Shown here piece by piece: positions 29,753 through 39,036 of a stretch of 64,000 bases of DNA. The position numbers and the translations under genes are program-made. The notes under the pieces are model-generated. The model saw only the letters and a list, made by a program, of their open reading frames with translations, was not told where the DNA came from and did no database searches. The stretch is taken from positions 5,217-69,216 of the forward strand of contig CAZMSF010000001.1 in assembly GCA_964568885.1 (NCBI GenBank). Reading direction: 5' to 3'. This stretch comes from an uncultured Gammaproteobacteria bacterium. Its GTDB lineage: Bacteria > Patescibacteriota > Microgenomatia > Levybacterales > GWA1-39-11. Within the stretch, counting starts at the first letter, position 1, and every line of letters starts with the position of its first letter.

Positions 29753-30313
29753 TTAGCTTACGGGCTTTGCAACGACCACAAACCGCTTAGAGTCAAGAAA
29801 CCCGGTACATGTATAAATGGTAAGTCTTGTGTCATTCGTAGAGTCAATAATATACCGCTGTTGAGGGTCGACCGTTGCCGTATACATTATTTCGAATTCT
29901 TTTTTTATTCCGTTATTCCACGAAACGGTAATATGCTGTCCCGGCTTTGTTTTGGGAAGAGCACCCAGAAGGCTTGACCAATTGTGCCCATACATGACGC
30001 TATTTCCCTTATCGCCAGGAAGTGGAGAACTCGCAAGATAACTTACTCCTTTGCCGGTTGTTTCCCATTGGTTGTTTCTTATGAGTGCCGGATAAATAGC
30101 GACATCAACATGAATTGAGGGGATGATAAGTCTTACAGGTGCTTCACCGCTTACAGGTACTACGACCTCCGTTTTGCCTTCAAATGTGAGCGGATGTGGA
30201 GAGTATCGAAGATACAGAAGATACGCAAAAAATGCAAGAAAGGTTATGCCCAGGAGTATAAGTAATTTTGAGAAAAGCTGTGCCATGGAAATATGGGGAG
30301 ATTTCCACTCCAC
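29753..30313 (-). CDS. Sortase
   Basis: L.IP.I, PG..GN....GH, LTIYTC, R.VV.A. Confidence 0.9.
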   Translation of the reverse strand: MEWKSPHISMAQLFSKLLILLGITFLAFFAYLLYLRYSPHPLTFEGKTEVVVPVSGEAPVRLIIPSIHVDVAIYPALIRNNQWETTGKGVSYLASSPLPGDKGNSVMYGHNWSSLLGALPKTKPGQHITVSWNNGIKKEFEIMYTATVDPQQRYIIDSTNDTRLTIYTCTGFLDSKRFVVVAKPVS

Positions 30314-30321
30314 AGAAAGTG

Positions 30322-30942
30322 TTAGTTAGTGTTTCTTCGAAGCCAGATGCCAAGAATTGTCATGAATATTCCTGCCCCAAAGACAGAAAGAACGAATGTG
30401 ATGTTGCCCGTTGAGGCAAGAGAACCGGCATTTCCTGTAGCGGCCTGAACGGTTGAAGCACCATCAGAACGCCCGTCAGAGCGTCCGTCCGACTTTCCGT
30501 CCGATTTACCGTCCCCGCCTGAATTCTGTGTGGTAGAACTCCCTCCGCCGCACGAATACGAAATGTTTTTTGCAAGATAGCTACCTTCCGAAAGTCCCCA
30601 AGCAGAGCCTGAGGGAACAAATATCCATCCCTGATTTTCATATATCTTAATTTGATCCTGTGACATTTCGCCAACGCTCATCCAGTTGGTTTGCATGCCC
30701 GTACCGTCCGTTGCGCACAAACATTGCATTACATTCCCATTTCCTAAAGAATATACGGTGTCGTGACCGTCTTTTGAGGTACCGCCGACAATTCCATGAG
30801 TTCCATCAGGATAATCAACTACTACATTTCCGCTGGGTGCAAGACATGAAGTGAATGAAGAATCAACGGCAACAGCAGCTACCGGTTTTGCAGTCACCAA
30901 AAGAGCCGTCAAAAGAATAAGAATAACGAATAAATGCTTCAT
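30322..30942 (-). CDS. Secreted protein with LASTG sortase sorting signal
   Basis: Signal peptide, (DG[KR]S)4 repeat, LASTG + TM + RR tail, adjacent to sortase. Confidence 0.8.
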   Translation of the reverse strand: MKHLFVILILLTALLVTAKPVAAVAVDSSFTSCLAPSGNVVVDYPDGTHGIVGGTSKDGHDTVYSLGNGNVMQCLCATDGTGMQTNWMSVGEMSQDQIKIYENQGWIFVPSGSAWGLSEGSYLAKNISYSCGGGSSTTQNSGGDGKSDGKSDGRSDGRSDGASTVQAATGNAGSLASTGNITFVLSVFGAGIFMTILGIWLRRNTN

Positions 30943-31004
30943 AAAAAATTTGATACAGTATTATAGTATATAGCTATGAGCTTGTCAAGTATAAATGAGG
31001 CAAA

Positions 31005-32288
31005 TCATTTGCTCACTTCTCTTGCCATGAAAAACTTCAAGAGCTTAAAGAGAGGACTTTCGCTAACGCTTTCCAGGGTTAATGAGCTATTATTAACATC
31101 ACTTATTGATAGGGTTTTGGGTTTATAGTTTGTAGCATTCACCGTTATCTTCTCTGTCTTATCAAAGTATGGCAGTGCTCCCACCCCGTTTTTTGAGGTT
31201 ATAACGAACCGTTCCTCCCCTTTAATAGTCGCATTATGAATTGGTCTTCCCAATTCATTTTTTACGCTCAATTTAAGCTGCTGAGGAGCATAGTAAGAGG
31301 TAATTGCATCAACCGCGAGCCTTTTGGTCCCGTCTTCATTCCATAACTGTGTAGAGCCGCCGGTGTTCACCCAATAATTTACCCCGATAAGCGTATTGGC
31401 CTTTACCAAAAGACTTCCCGTATTTTTTATCCACTCTGCCTGCTCTTTCTCATTCATCGGCCCATTAATATCAGGTATCGGCGCCCCGTATTCACCCAAA
31501 ATTATTTTGCCGCCCGTTGTCTCGGAAAGGGATTTTATGTCTTCAGCAAGTTTTTCACCGCTTGCAACGTAATGGTCTATAGTCACTATTCCGTCAAGAG
31601 CACGGGTGGTGTCCTTGTCCATCACAAGCTCTGCCACGTCTTTATTCATGGAGTCATAATTTGAAGCTACTTTCTTGTTTCTGCCTGAAAAAAAGCTCTT
31701 TGTAAGAGCATATTCCTCTATCAAAAACTGCCGGTGTCCGGCAACGTCACCAGTCAGCCTCGGGTCCCCTGCCCCACCGTTTTCACATTCGGGGCATGCG
31801 GTAAACACATCACCATTGGCAAAAAGATCGGGATGAGCATTCAGAAATTCCTCCGTTTTTTTCATATGCTCTTCTCTTGTTATCTTATTGTAGGAAAACC
31901 ACCCTTCCCAGCCTGAAAAATTCCCGCGGAACCAAACGTTGAGATGCTCACGCCGCGCAGCTCTCACCCAGCGTTGAAGCATAGGATAAAACTCTTCGTC
32001 GTAGGGAGTTGCAATTGCTACATGCGTTGCTCCTGTTGAAGCTATATCTTTCACCTGCTTTGCGATAACCGCGTCAAATGAAGGGTCATTGAGCTTTTCG
32101 CGGGCCAAATCTCTTGAGTATTTCATCGTGTCAATAGACTGGAACGACCAAAAAAGGGCTCTTTCCCCTTGCGCCTCAAGAGGCACAAAAAAGAAGAAGT
32201 AAAAAATCGAAAAAAGGGAAAGCAGCAGCAGAAAAAGACCGCTAAAAAGTGTCGTTTTGTGCCCCAACTGTATTTTTACGGTTTTCAT
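31005..32288 (-). CDS. Membrane-anchored glycoside-hydrolase-like (TIM-barrel) protein
   Basis: SIDTMKYSRD, IDHY, ILGEYG, G.NYW; C-terminal beta domain. Confidence 0.55.
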   Translation of the reverse strand: MKTVKIQLGHKTTLFSGLFLLLLSLFSIFYFFFFVPLEAQGERALFWSFQSIDTMKYSRDLAREKLNDPSFDAVIAKQVKDIASTGATHVAIATPYDEEFYPMLQRWVRAARREHLNVWFRGNFSGWEGWFSYNKITREEHMKKTEEFLNAHPDLFANGDVFTACPECENGGAGDPRLTGDVAGHRQFLIEEYALTKSFFSGRNKKVASNYDSMNKDVAELVMDKDTTRALDGIVTIDHYVASGEKLAEDIKSLSETTGGKIILGEYGAPIPDINGPMNEKEQAEWIKNTGSLLVKANTLIGVNYWVNTGGSTQLWNEDGTKRLAVDAITSYYAPQQLKLSVKNELGRPIHNATIKGEERFVITSKNGVGALPYFDKTEKITVNATNYKPKTLSISDVNNSSLTLESVSESPLFKLLKFFMAREVSK

Positions 32289-32290
32289 AG

Positions 32291-33925
32291 TTATTTCTGC
32301 TTTCCTAATGTGGGTTTTGTATTAAGGGTCTTAAGATATTCAGGCTTTAATTCATAAATATCCGCAAAGGGATAATGCCCTACCAGATTGTACTTTTTGT
32401 ATCCCGCAGTTGTATGCACCTCTTTGAAAGTCTGGTCGTTAAGGTCGTTGGTACGCATGATAATCCACCGTGCCCATCTGTCGGGAGCTGATGTGGCCGA
32501 AAGCCAATACGTACCTGTTCCTTCATGGATGAATTTGCTCATCGGTAACCCCGACGAAAAAATGATAGCGTCATGCGAGGCTGCCGAAATCAAGATAAAT
32601 CCGTCTTTTCCTTTTGTGTTCTTACTAAGCCACCCTGAAACCTCGGAAACATTCTTCTGGGAAGAACCAACCCTCGCGTCATCAATTGTGACAGCGTCAT
32701 TATTTGCAAAGGCAAAGAATGTGACAAAAAGCAAAAGTCCGATGAATAACCATCGCAAATTTCTGAACCTATTTACCAAAAAGCCAATAAATATTGCAAT
32801 GGACGGCGCCATCATGACGCCATACCTGACGTTAAACCACGTGTTGCCCGATATTCCTTGCACAAAAAGCACGGAAAAACCCAGGAAAAGCGCTAGAATA
32901 TTAAACACTAAGGGAGCTATAAGTGACGATGTGGCGATTTTTATGTTTCCCTTGACCCGCGTATCGAACCAAAACGCGAAGGCCCCGAATGTCCCGAGAA
33001 TAAGTGGAACCGTATAACTGTTGTAAGCAAGAGCGTACAAATATACTTTTATCGACAACAATAAATTTCGGTTGGTAGCCAAAACTCCTGCTTCTTTCAG
33101 CTGCTGCTGCTGAGCGTGTGCCGAATAGGGACCGAATGCAAAATACAACGGGTCTTTAAAAATAAGAAGGTTCCACAAAAACCAGAGAGCGATGCCAAAT
33201 CCCCCTAACGTAATAAAGAACAAGAATGTGCCTTCTGCTGCCTTGAAGCCTTTTTTCCGAAAAGCAAGAACAATAATTGTTACTGCCGCCCACAAGAAAA
33301 GGAACCACCCGTCATAACGGTTGAGCGTTGCAAGCATTATCCAAAAAGCGGAATAGATAAGATGCAGAAGCTTTCCTTCTTTCTGCCACATGAATAGCTC
33401 GTAGACGCCTGCCGTCATTGTAGCCAAGAGCAGCAGCTCGGTCATCGCGGTCGACTGAAGGTACAAAACATTAATGTTAGCAACAAATGCAAAAACGCCA
33501 ATGAGTCTCCCAAGCATTCCTACACCTAAATTTTTCAGGAAGAGGTAGACAAGAACCCCTGTTGCGACAAATGAAACCATCGATTCTATCGCCCCCGCAA
33601 GACCCGTATGCCACATAAAGTCATTCCAAATGGTTGCAACCATCAGTAAATGAGGCAAAGGAAGCCACACCGACCCCAACTGGGCAAGCCCGGGCTTGAG
33701 ACCCTCAACAACGCGTCTTCCGATGTCCAAATGCGACCGCGCGTCGTTATACGAAAGCCCCAAATGGTTATTGAGGTAATACACAAAATTGGCAACCGAT
33801 ATCGCAGAAAGGACAATGATAAGAATAAGAACCGCGTTTTTTGCGAAAAGTCCTTTTACCTTTTCCAGAAAGGAAGACTGTGTTTTTACAGAAATTGTAA
33901 GCTCTTTTGGCGATATATTAATCAT
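32291..33925 (-). CDS. GT-C (PMT/ArnT-like) integral membrane glycosyltransferase
   Basis: Y.DA.SHL.I.RR, WLPLPHL, MTE, RY.GW; many TM. Confidence 0.75.
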   Translation of the reverse strand: MINISPKELTISVKTQSSFLEKVKGLFAKNAVLILIIVLSAISVANFVYYLNNHLGLSYNDARSHLDIGRRVVEGLKPGLAQLGSVWLPLPHLLMVATIWNDFMWHTGLAGAIESMVSFVATGVLVYLFLKNLGVGMLGRLIGVFAFVANINVLYLQSTAMTELLLLATMTAGVYELFMWQKEGKLLHLIYSAFWIMLATLNRYDGWFLFLWAAVTIIVLAFRKKGFKAAEGTFLFFITLGGFGIALWFLWNLLIFKDPLYFAFGPYSAHAQQQQLKEAGVLATNRNLLLSIKVYLYALAYNSYTVPLILGTFGAFAFWFDTRVKGNIKIATSSLIAPLVFNILALFLGFSVLFVQGISGNTWFNVRYGVMMAPSIAIFIGFLVNRFRNLRWLFIGLLLFVTFFAFANNDAVTIDDARVGSSQKNVSEVSGWLSKNTKGKDGFILISAASHDAIIFSSGLPMSKFIHEGTGTYWLSATSAPDRWARWIIMRTNDLNDQTFKEVHTTAGYKKYNLVGHYPFADIYELKPEYLKTLNTKPTLGKQK

Positions 33926-35453
33926 GTTTCTTTAAAAGATGTGAAACCATAAGAATATTCAAGGTCGCGGTAAGTGTAATAACTAATAGTACGTAGTATT
34001 GAACCGGAGTAAGTATATTTTTGAATACATTATTGTATGTGAATGATTTAGAACCGGTATTGAGAAGGTAGAAATAATTTCTGTCAAACATATACCTCTC
34101 TTGAACGCCGGAGAGTTTTTCAAGGGCCAAAACTTCTACTTGCGGAGGATTAGCATTGGTAGTAATAGCACCCAAAGTATTTACAGCTATTGAATATACT
34201 CCAACGAGGAAAAATGCGATGTAAAACCAAGCGTTTTTATTGAATTTTTTGAATGCGAATGCAACCAGAATGGACAGAATTGCGTATGATGGAATAAGGT
34301 ACCTTGACCCAAAAGCCCAACCTCCCCATGGATCGCCCCACATTGAGTAAAGGACAACATTGGCGCAAATTATACTTATCAGAAGAACTAATTCTTTCTG
34401 CTTCTTCGACCATAAATAAATTGCTCCAAATATTCCAAAAAGGACAATCGGCGCATAAAATATTACCCCCCTGTCAGGGCTAATTGAATGGATATATAAC
34501 CCGTTAATGATATTTCGTGTTTTGAAAAAGGTCACCGCTTCTTTCTTAGTTATATTGTTCCCTTTTGAATCCAAGAGAAGGGATTTATCCTGCGTGGAAC
34601 TTGTATCCTTTACAACCTGTACGGCTTTCGTCGGAAGAGTTCCTGATAATTGAAACGGATTTCCGTAAGAAGAATTGTTGAACCATAAGAAGAACAACAC
34701 AGGTAAAGCAAATGAAACAATCGAGAGTAAAGAAAGAAACCTGAACTTCACCCGAACAACTGACTTTATTCTTTCAAGCCCAAACATTCTTATCACCGAA
34801 TAAATAAAAACCGGGAAAAAGAAGAATAAATTTGGGTAATCTAATGGTATGGATGCTGCGAAGAGAAATGAAACAACGATTCCTGCAATCCAGCTACGAA
34901 ATCTAAACAAGGCATAGAGCGCTAGAAGTATAAATAAAGTGGACAAATGGTGCTGATACAGACTGACTCCATATGAAAATGCCGGAGTTCCAAATACGAA
35001 TGCAAGTGCTGCAATGCAAGAAGCAATCTTTCCCGCACCAAGTCTTACTGCAATTTTTCCGATGAAAAACGCATTCAAAATTGCAAATACTGAAATAGTA
35101 AAGAACGTCCCCACCTGAGAAAGACCAATCACTTTCCCTAAAACATATCCGGGTATCAAAGTGAATGATAATAATGGAGCAAATAACGAAACGTATTTAC
35201 CCTTCAATACTCCTACATCGGGAGCTGCAAAATTACCAATGCTTTCGGTAAACTTAAAGGATTTATGCTCAACAATTGAGTACAGAAGTGCGTATCTTCC
35301 TCTCTCGGGAGACAATTCAAGCGGACCAGCTTCTTTCCAATTGTTTTTTTGCAAATCAATTTCAGTAGGATTTCCTAATACGCCACGGAATGTCATCACA
35401 TAAATTAGTGAGATAAGTGTAAAAAATAAATAAGGCAAGATTTTTTTAAACAT
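33918..35453 (-). CDS. GT-C-like integral membrane protein
   Basis: Many TM, W.GGW.FG.RYL motif. Confidence 0.65.
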   Translation of the reverse strand: MFKKILPYLFFTLISLIYVMTFRGVLGNPTEIDLQKNNWKEAGPLELSPERGRYALLYSIVEHKSFKFTESIGNFAAPDVGVLKGKYVSLFAPLLSFTLIPGYVLGKVIGLSQVGTFFTISVFAILNAFFIGKIAVRLGAGKIASCIAALAFVFGTPAFSYGVSLYQHHLSTLFILLALYALFRFRSWIAGIVVSFLFAASIPLDYPNLFFFFPVFIYSVIRMFGLERIKSVVRVKFRFLSLLSIVSFALPVLFFLWFNNSSYGNPFQLSGTLPTKAVQVVKDTSSTQDKSLLLDSKGNNITKKEAVTFFKTRNIINGLYIHSISPDRGVIFYAPIVLFGIFGAIYLWSKKQKELVLLISIICANVVLYSMWGDPWGGWAFGSRYLIPSYAILSILVAFAFKKFNKNAWFYIAFFLVGVYSIAVNTLGAITTNANPPQVEVLALEKLSGVQERYMFDRNYFYLLNTGSKSFTYNNVFKNILTPVQYYVLLVITLTATLNILMVSHLLKKHD

Positions 35454-35454
35454 A

Positions 35455-36642
35455 CTAACTACCAATCAATGTTGAATAAAAGTCATTTATCTTCTCAGAA
35501 ACGCTTTGCCAAGAATTCTTAAGCCCAAACTCTCTGTTTGTTTCCTCCATTTTCTTAATTTTGGGTGTGTTCTTGTTTTTAAGAATATAATTAAGTTTAT
35601 CAGCAACGGACTTATAATTACGAGTCTCAACGCAATAACCGTTTATGTCGTTCTTTATGAGAAGCGGAAGGGCAGTATTGTTAGCAACCACACAAGGCAA
35701 ACCTTGACTTAATCCTTCATGGATGACGTTGCAATAACTTTCCCATAGGGCCATATGAACCATAAGCTGTGCGTGCTTAACTACATAGTACTTATCAATC
35801 CCCTTCAAAACCCCAATAAAGAGTACTCGTTCTTGCAATTTTAATGAGGAAATTAATTCTCGCAAATTCTTTATATAATTACCCTCTTCTTGGATGGGTC
35901 CAGCGATAATATATTTGACATCGGAAGGAAGGAGTGCTAAAGCCTTTATTGTTGTTTCATAGTTTTTGATTTTATAAACACGACCCATCTGAAAGATGTA
36001 TTTTCCGAAACTTTCAACTTTCTTCTTGATTTGACGGCTTGCAAGCCTATCAATATCCACATAAGCTTCGTCCTCAATACCATTGTCGATTACGCGTATT
36101 AAAGACGTTCTTACTCCCTTTTTAATCATTTCGTCCTTTTCCCATTCGGAAACCGCACGCACTCCATCAACAACCAAGTTAATAAGAATAGTCCCTAATG
36201 TGTAGTGATACGTTGACTTCACAATCTTTTCTATGAATGAGAAAATCCTCCATTCCGGATTAAATCCACCATGAGGCGTAATAGCCAATTTATAATTCTT
36301 TTTTCCAAACATCTTCGCAACTAGTGTTCTTCCCAAAATATGAAGATGCGGAAAAATATCGAAATTATGAAGAGTTACTATATCTGTAGTAGAATAATCA
36401 ATTTCAGGAAAAAATCCATACCATTTAAATGGATAACGCTTTACTCTAATTCCATTCATCAGTTCTTCTCTTGGAAGCCAGTTCTTTTTTAAATAGGTAT
36501 TGGTTGATGTATGCAGCGTGACGTCCCAACCCATTTCGACAAGTCGACGATAGGTCTCCATCACATTCACCTCTATTCCTGCCGTTACAGGAAAGAAATA
36601 TTTAACGATAATATCTACTTTTTTTTGTTTTCTTAGTTTCAT
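35455..36642 (-). CDS. Glycosyltransferase family 4
   Basis: GR....KN, E.Y.....E....G.P motif. Confidence 0.85.
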   Translation of the reverse strand: MKLRKQKKVDIIVKYFFPVTAGIEVNVMETYRRLVEMGWDVTLHTSTNTYLKKNWLPREELMNGIRVKRYPFKWYGFFPEIDYSTTDIVTLHNFDIFPHLHILGRTLVAKMFGKKNYKLAITPHGGFNPEWRIFSFIEKIVKSTYHYTLGTILINLVVDGVRAVSEWEKDEMIKKGVRTSLIRVIDNGIEDEAYVDIDRLASRQIKKKVESFGKYIFQMGRVYKIKNYETTIKALALLPSDVKYIIAGPIQEEGNYIKNLRELISSLKLQERVLFIGVLKGIDKYYVVKHAQLMVHMALWESYCNVIHEGLSQGLPCVVANNTALPLLIKNDINGYCVETRNYKSVADKLNYILKNKNTPKIKKMEETNREFGLKNSWQSVSEKINDFYSTLIGS

Positions 36643-37430
36643 ATGGCAAGCGAAGGCAAGTACTTTTTAATAGTCCTTCTAAATATAATCGCATAAAAAC
36701 TTGTTAAGTTCTTGAATTCTGAGAATGCGTGTGTGCCATCAATTCCAATTCTCGGTATTGTAAGTTCTTTGGTTTTTTGAGAAATTAGGTTGTCATCCAT
36801 ACTGAAGGCCATTTTATAACCGGATTTTTTTACAACAGTAAGTATCTCCTTTGTATATCTTCCTTTCGGGTAAGCAAAATAATCAACTGAACATCCCAGC
36901 ACTTTCTCCAAATCTTGTTTTGACCCCGTTACTTCATAAGCAATATCTTCTCTACTGAGCTTATAAAAATCCGAGTGAGTTGCGCCGTGAGAACCAAAAA
37001 ACCACCCATCTCTTTGTAAAATTCGAATATCTTTAATTGACAAAAGTTCTTTGTGGTTATCAAGCTCTTTTCTATTGACGTCTCTGGCGTTTGAAAGCAA
37101 GAAAACCGTAGGCTTAATGTTCTGCCTATTTAGAAACTCTCTCACACTCATAATATCCTTATACCCATCATCGATCGTGAGAAGAACTAATGGTTTTTCT
37201 GCAAAAAAATTGGTTGATAGATACGACTCAAACTCGGGAGCAGATACAAATGTGTGAGTCTTTTTAAGTGCTAGAATTTGTTTTTTGAAACTGGAAGTTG
37301 TAGTGCTAAACTTCCAATTATCATTAGAAAAGCCGTGGTAACACAAAACAAACGCATTAACTTTTCTCAAGGTTAATTTCGATAACAAACCAAGTATTAT
37401 GTAAATTGTTTTTCGAAGTCTATTTTTCAT
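36639..37430 (-). CDS. Polysaccharide deacetylase (IcaB/PgaB-like)
   Basis: LCYH, TIDDGY, GSHG..H, FAYP.G. Confidence 0.85.
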   Translation of the reverse strand: MKNRLRKTIYIILGLLSKLTLRKVNAFVLCYHGFSNDNWKFSTTTSSFKKQILALKKTHTFVSAPEFESYLSTNFFAEKPLVLLTIDDGYKDIMSVREFLNRQNIKPTVFLLSNARDVNRKELDNHKELLSIKDIRILQRDGWFFGSHGATHSDFYKLSREDIAYEVTGSKQDLEKVLGCSVDYFAYPKGRYTKEILTVVKKSGYKMAFSMDDNLISQKTKELTIPRIGIDGTHAFSEFKNLTSFYAIIFRRTIKKYLPSLAI

Positions 37431-37432
37431 AG

Positions 37433-38131
37433 TTATTTAATAGCTTTTACTGCAATTATGCACGGATAATTCGGGTCATTGAAGTCCAATTCCTTTTTCG
37501 AAAGTTCCTCAACTGCCATTCCAACCCAAAAACACTGTCCCGACAAAACATTTCCATATGACTTTACATCCAGAGTTCCCGATTTAAAGTATTTCGAAAA
37601 GATATATTTACATGATGTAACCGTGAATCTCCACATACTGTAATTAAGATCGAGAACTGGGCTTATTGACGAAACCGTAACCAGCAAAACTCCACCCGGT
37701 TTTAAAATACGATAGCACTCCCTAATTGCACTTTCATAATCATCTATCATTCCGAGTGTTTGAGTAACTATAAGGCAGTCATACGAATTGCTATCAATCG
37801 ACTTCAAGTTTCTCAAGTCATCATGAATATCGGCAAGTTTGTTTTTGGGATTATTGTCAAGAATGTCGCTTTTAGTCACTTTTAACTTTCCAAATTTCAA
37901 CGTGTAACTATTATCAACAATCTCAAGGCATTTCCCTTTAATATATTTCGAGTTTTCGCTTAAAAATTTCTCTATATAATACCTATCAATCGGAGTTCCC
38001 CTATCATACCCAAACTTTCGGCTCAGAGGCTTTGTCGTTCTTGTCCCCAAAAAATACCGAGAATTAGGAAAAATAAATTTCATAATTCTTGCTCTTATTG
38101 GACGAATGATATGTATTACTTGTTGATTCAT
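37433..38131 (-). CDS. SAM-dependent methyltransferase
   Basis: FG.DRG.PIDRYYIE.FL, R.LKPGG.LL. Confidence 0.85.
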   Translation of the reverse strand: MNQQVIHIIRPIRARIMKFIFPNSRYFLGTRTTKPLSRKFGYDRGTPIDRYYIEKFLSENSKYIKGKCLEIVDNSYTLKFGKLKVTKSDILDNNPKNKLADIHDDLRNLKSIDSNSYDCLIVTQTLGMIDDYESAIRECYRILKPGGVLLVTVSSISPVLDLNYSMWRFTVTSCKYIFSKYFKSGTLDVKSYGNVLSGQCFWVGMAVEELSKKELDFNDPNYPCIIAVKAIK

Positions 38132-38132
38132 A

Positions 38133-39032
38133 CTAAATTCTGGCAATTGTTTTGGAGCTTGATACTCTCTCCCAATTTTCTTTTTCCCTTACAAAGAATG
38201 ATTGCGCCTTTATAATTAACAAGACAGAAAAGTACATAATTGTAGATATTGGGTCCGAAATTAAATTTTTTAAAATTGATTTAATAAGCACCCCTTTTCC
38301 CAACTTGTAACCCTCCGAGACCAGGTGCTTCCCAAATTCTTTCTTTAATAGTTCTTTTGAATTGTAAAAGCGTATACTTTGCTTCTTGTGATCCATGAAG
38401 TTGGTAGGAAGTCGAAATATCACACTCGTACTTTTTTGGAAATGATATTTAAACCCGTTCACCTTACAGTTGTAATAAGAAAAGGCATCTTCACCAATAC
38501 TTGTTGAAAATCGAAACGAGGAATAAAAACGTTTTGAAAACGCCCTGGCTACACCTCTGCATGTGTAGACATTGTCGCCATCGCGATAATTCTCGTACGC
38601 AACGTTCTTTATTTTTGTGCTAACGAATAATACTTTTTCAAAGAATGTTGACGGCTCTGCCTCGGATACCGAAGGAGAAACCAAATCAACCGAATTTTTT
38701 TGAATTGGCTGTATCATTTTGAAAAGAAAATTTTTATCCAGAATTCTCACGTCGGCGTTGATAAGGATTAATACATCGGAAGTTGCGTGTTCAAGAATAA
38801 GGTTTTGAGTAAACGCAAGTCCGCATCTTTTTTCATTTTTCCTTAAATTAACTCCTTTTTTGAATTCTTTAACTATTTTTTCCGTACTGTCTGTACTTCC
38901 GTCTGAAACAACTAATATCTCCCTAAGCAAGAACTTATCCTTTTTTTGCTTGAGCAAATCATTAAGAAGAAATCGTATATTGTCTTCTTCGTTAAATGCC
39001 GGTATTCCAATTATCAATGTAAGTTTTTTCAT
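38133..39032 (-). CDS. Glycosyltransferase family 2
   Basis: IPAFNEE, SDGSTD, NAD, GED. Confidence 0.85.
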   Translation of the reverse strand: MKKLTLIIGIPAFNEEDNIRFLLNDLLKQKKDKFLLREILVVSDGSTDSTEKIVKEFKKGVNLRKNEKRCGLAFTQNLILEHATSDVLILINADVRILDKNFLFKMIQPIQKNSVDLVSPSVSEAEPSTFFEKVLFVSTKIKNVAYENYRDGDNVYTCRGVARAFSKRFYSSFRFSTSIGEDAFSYYNCKVNGFKYHFQKSTSVIFRLPTNFMDHKKQSIRFYNSKELLKKEFGKHLVSEGYKLGKGVLIKSILKNLISDPISTIMYFSVLLIIKAQSFFVREKENWERVSSSKTIARI

Positions 39033-39036
39033 AAAT

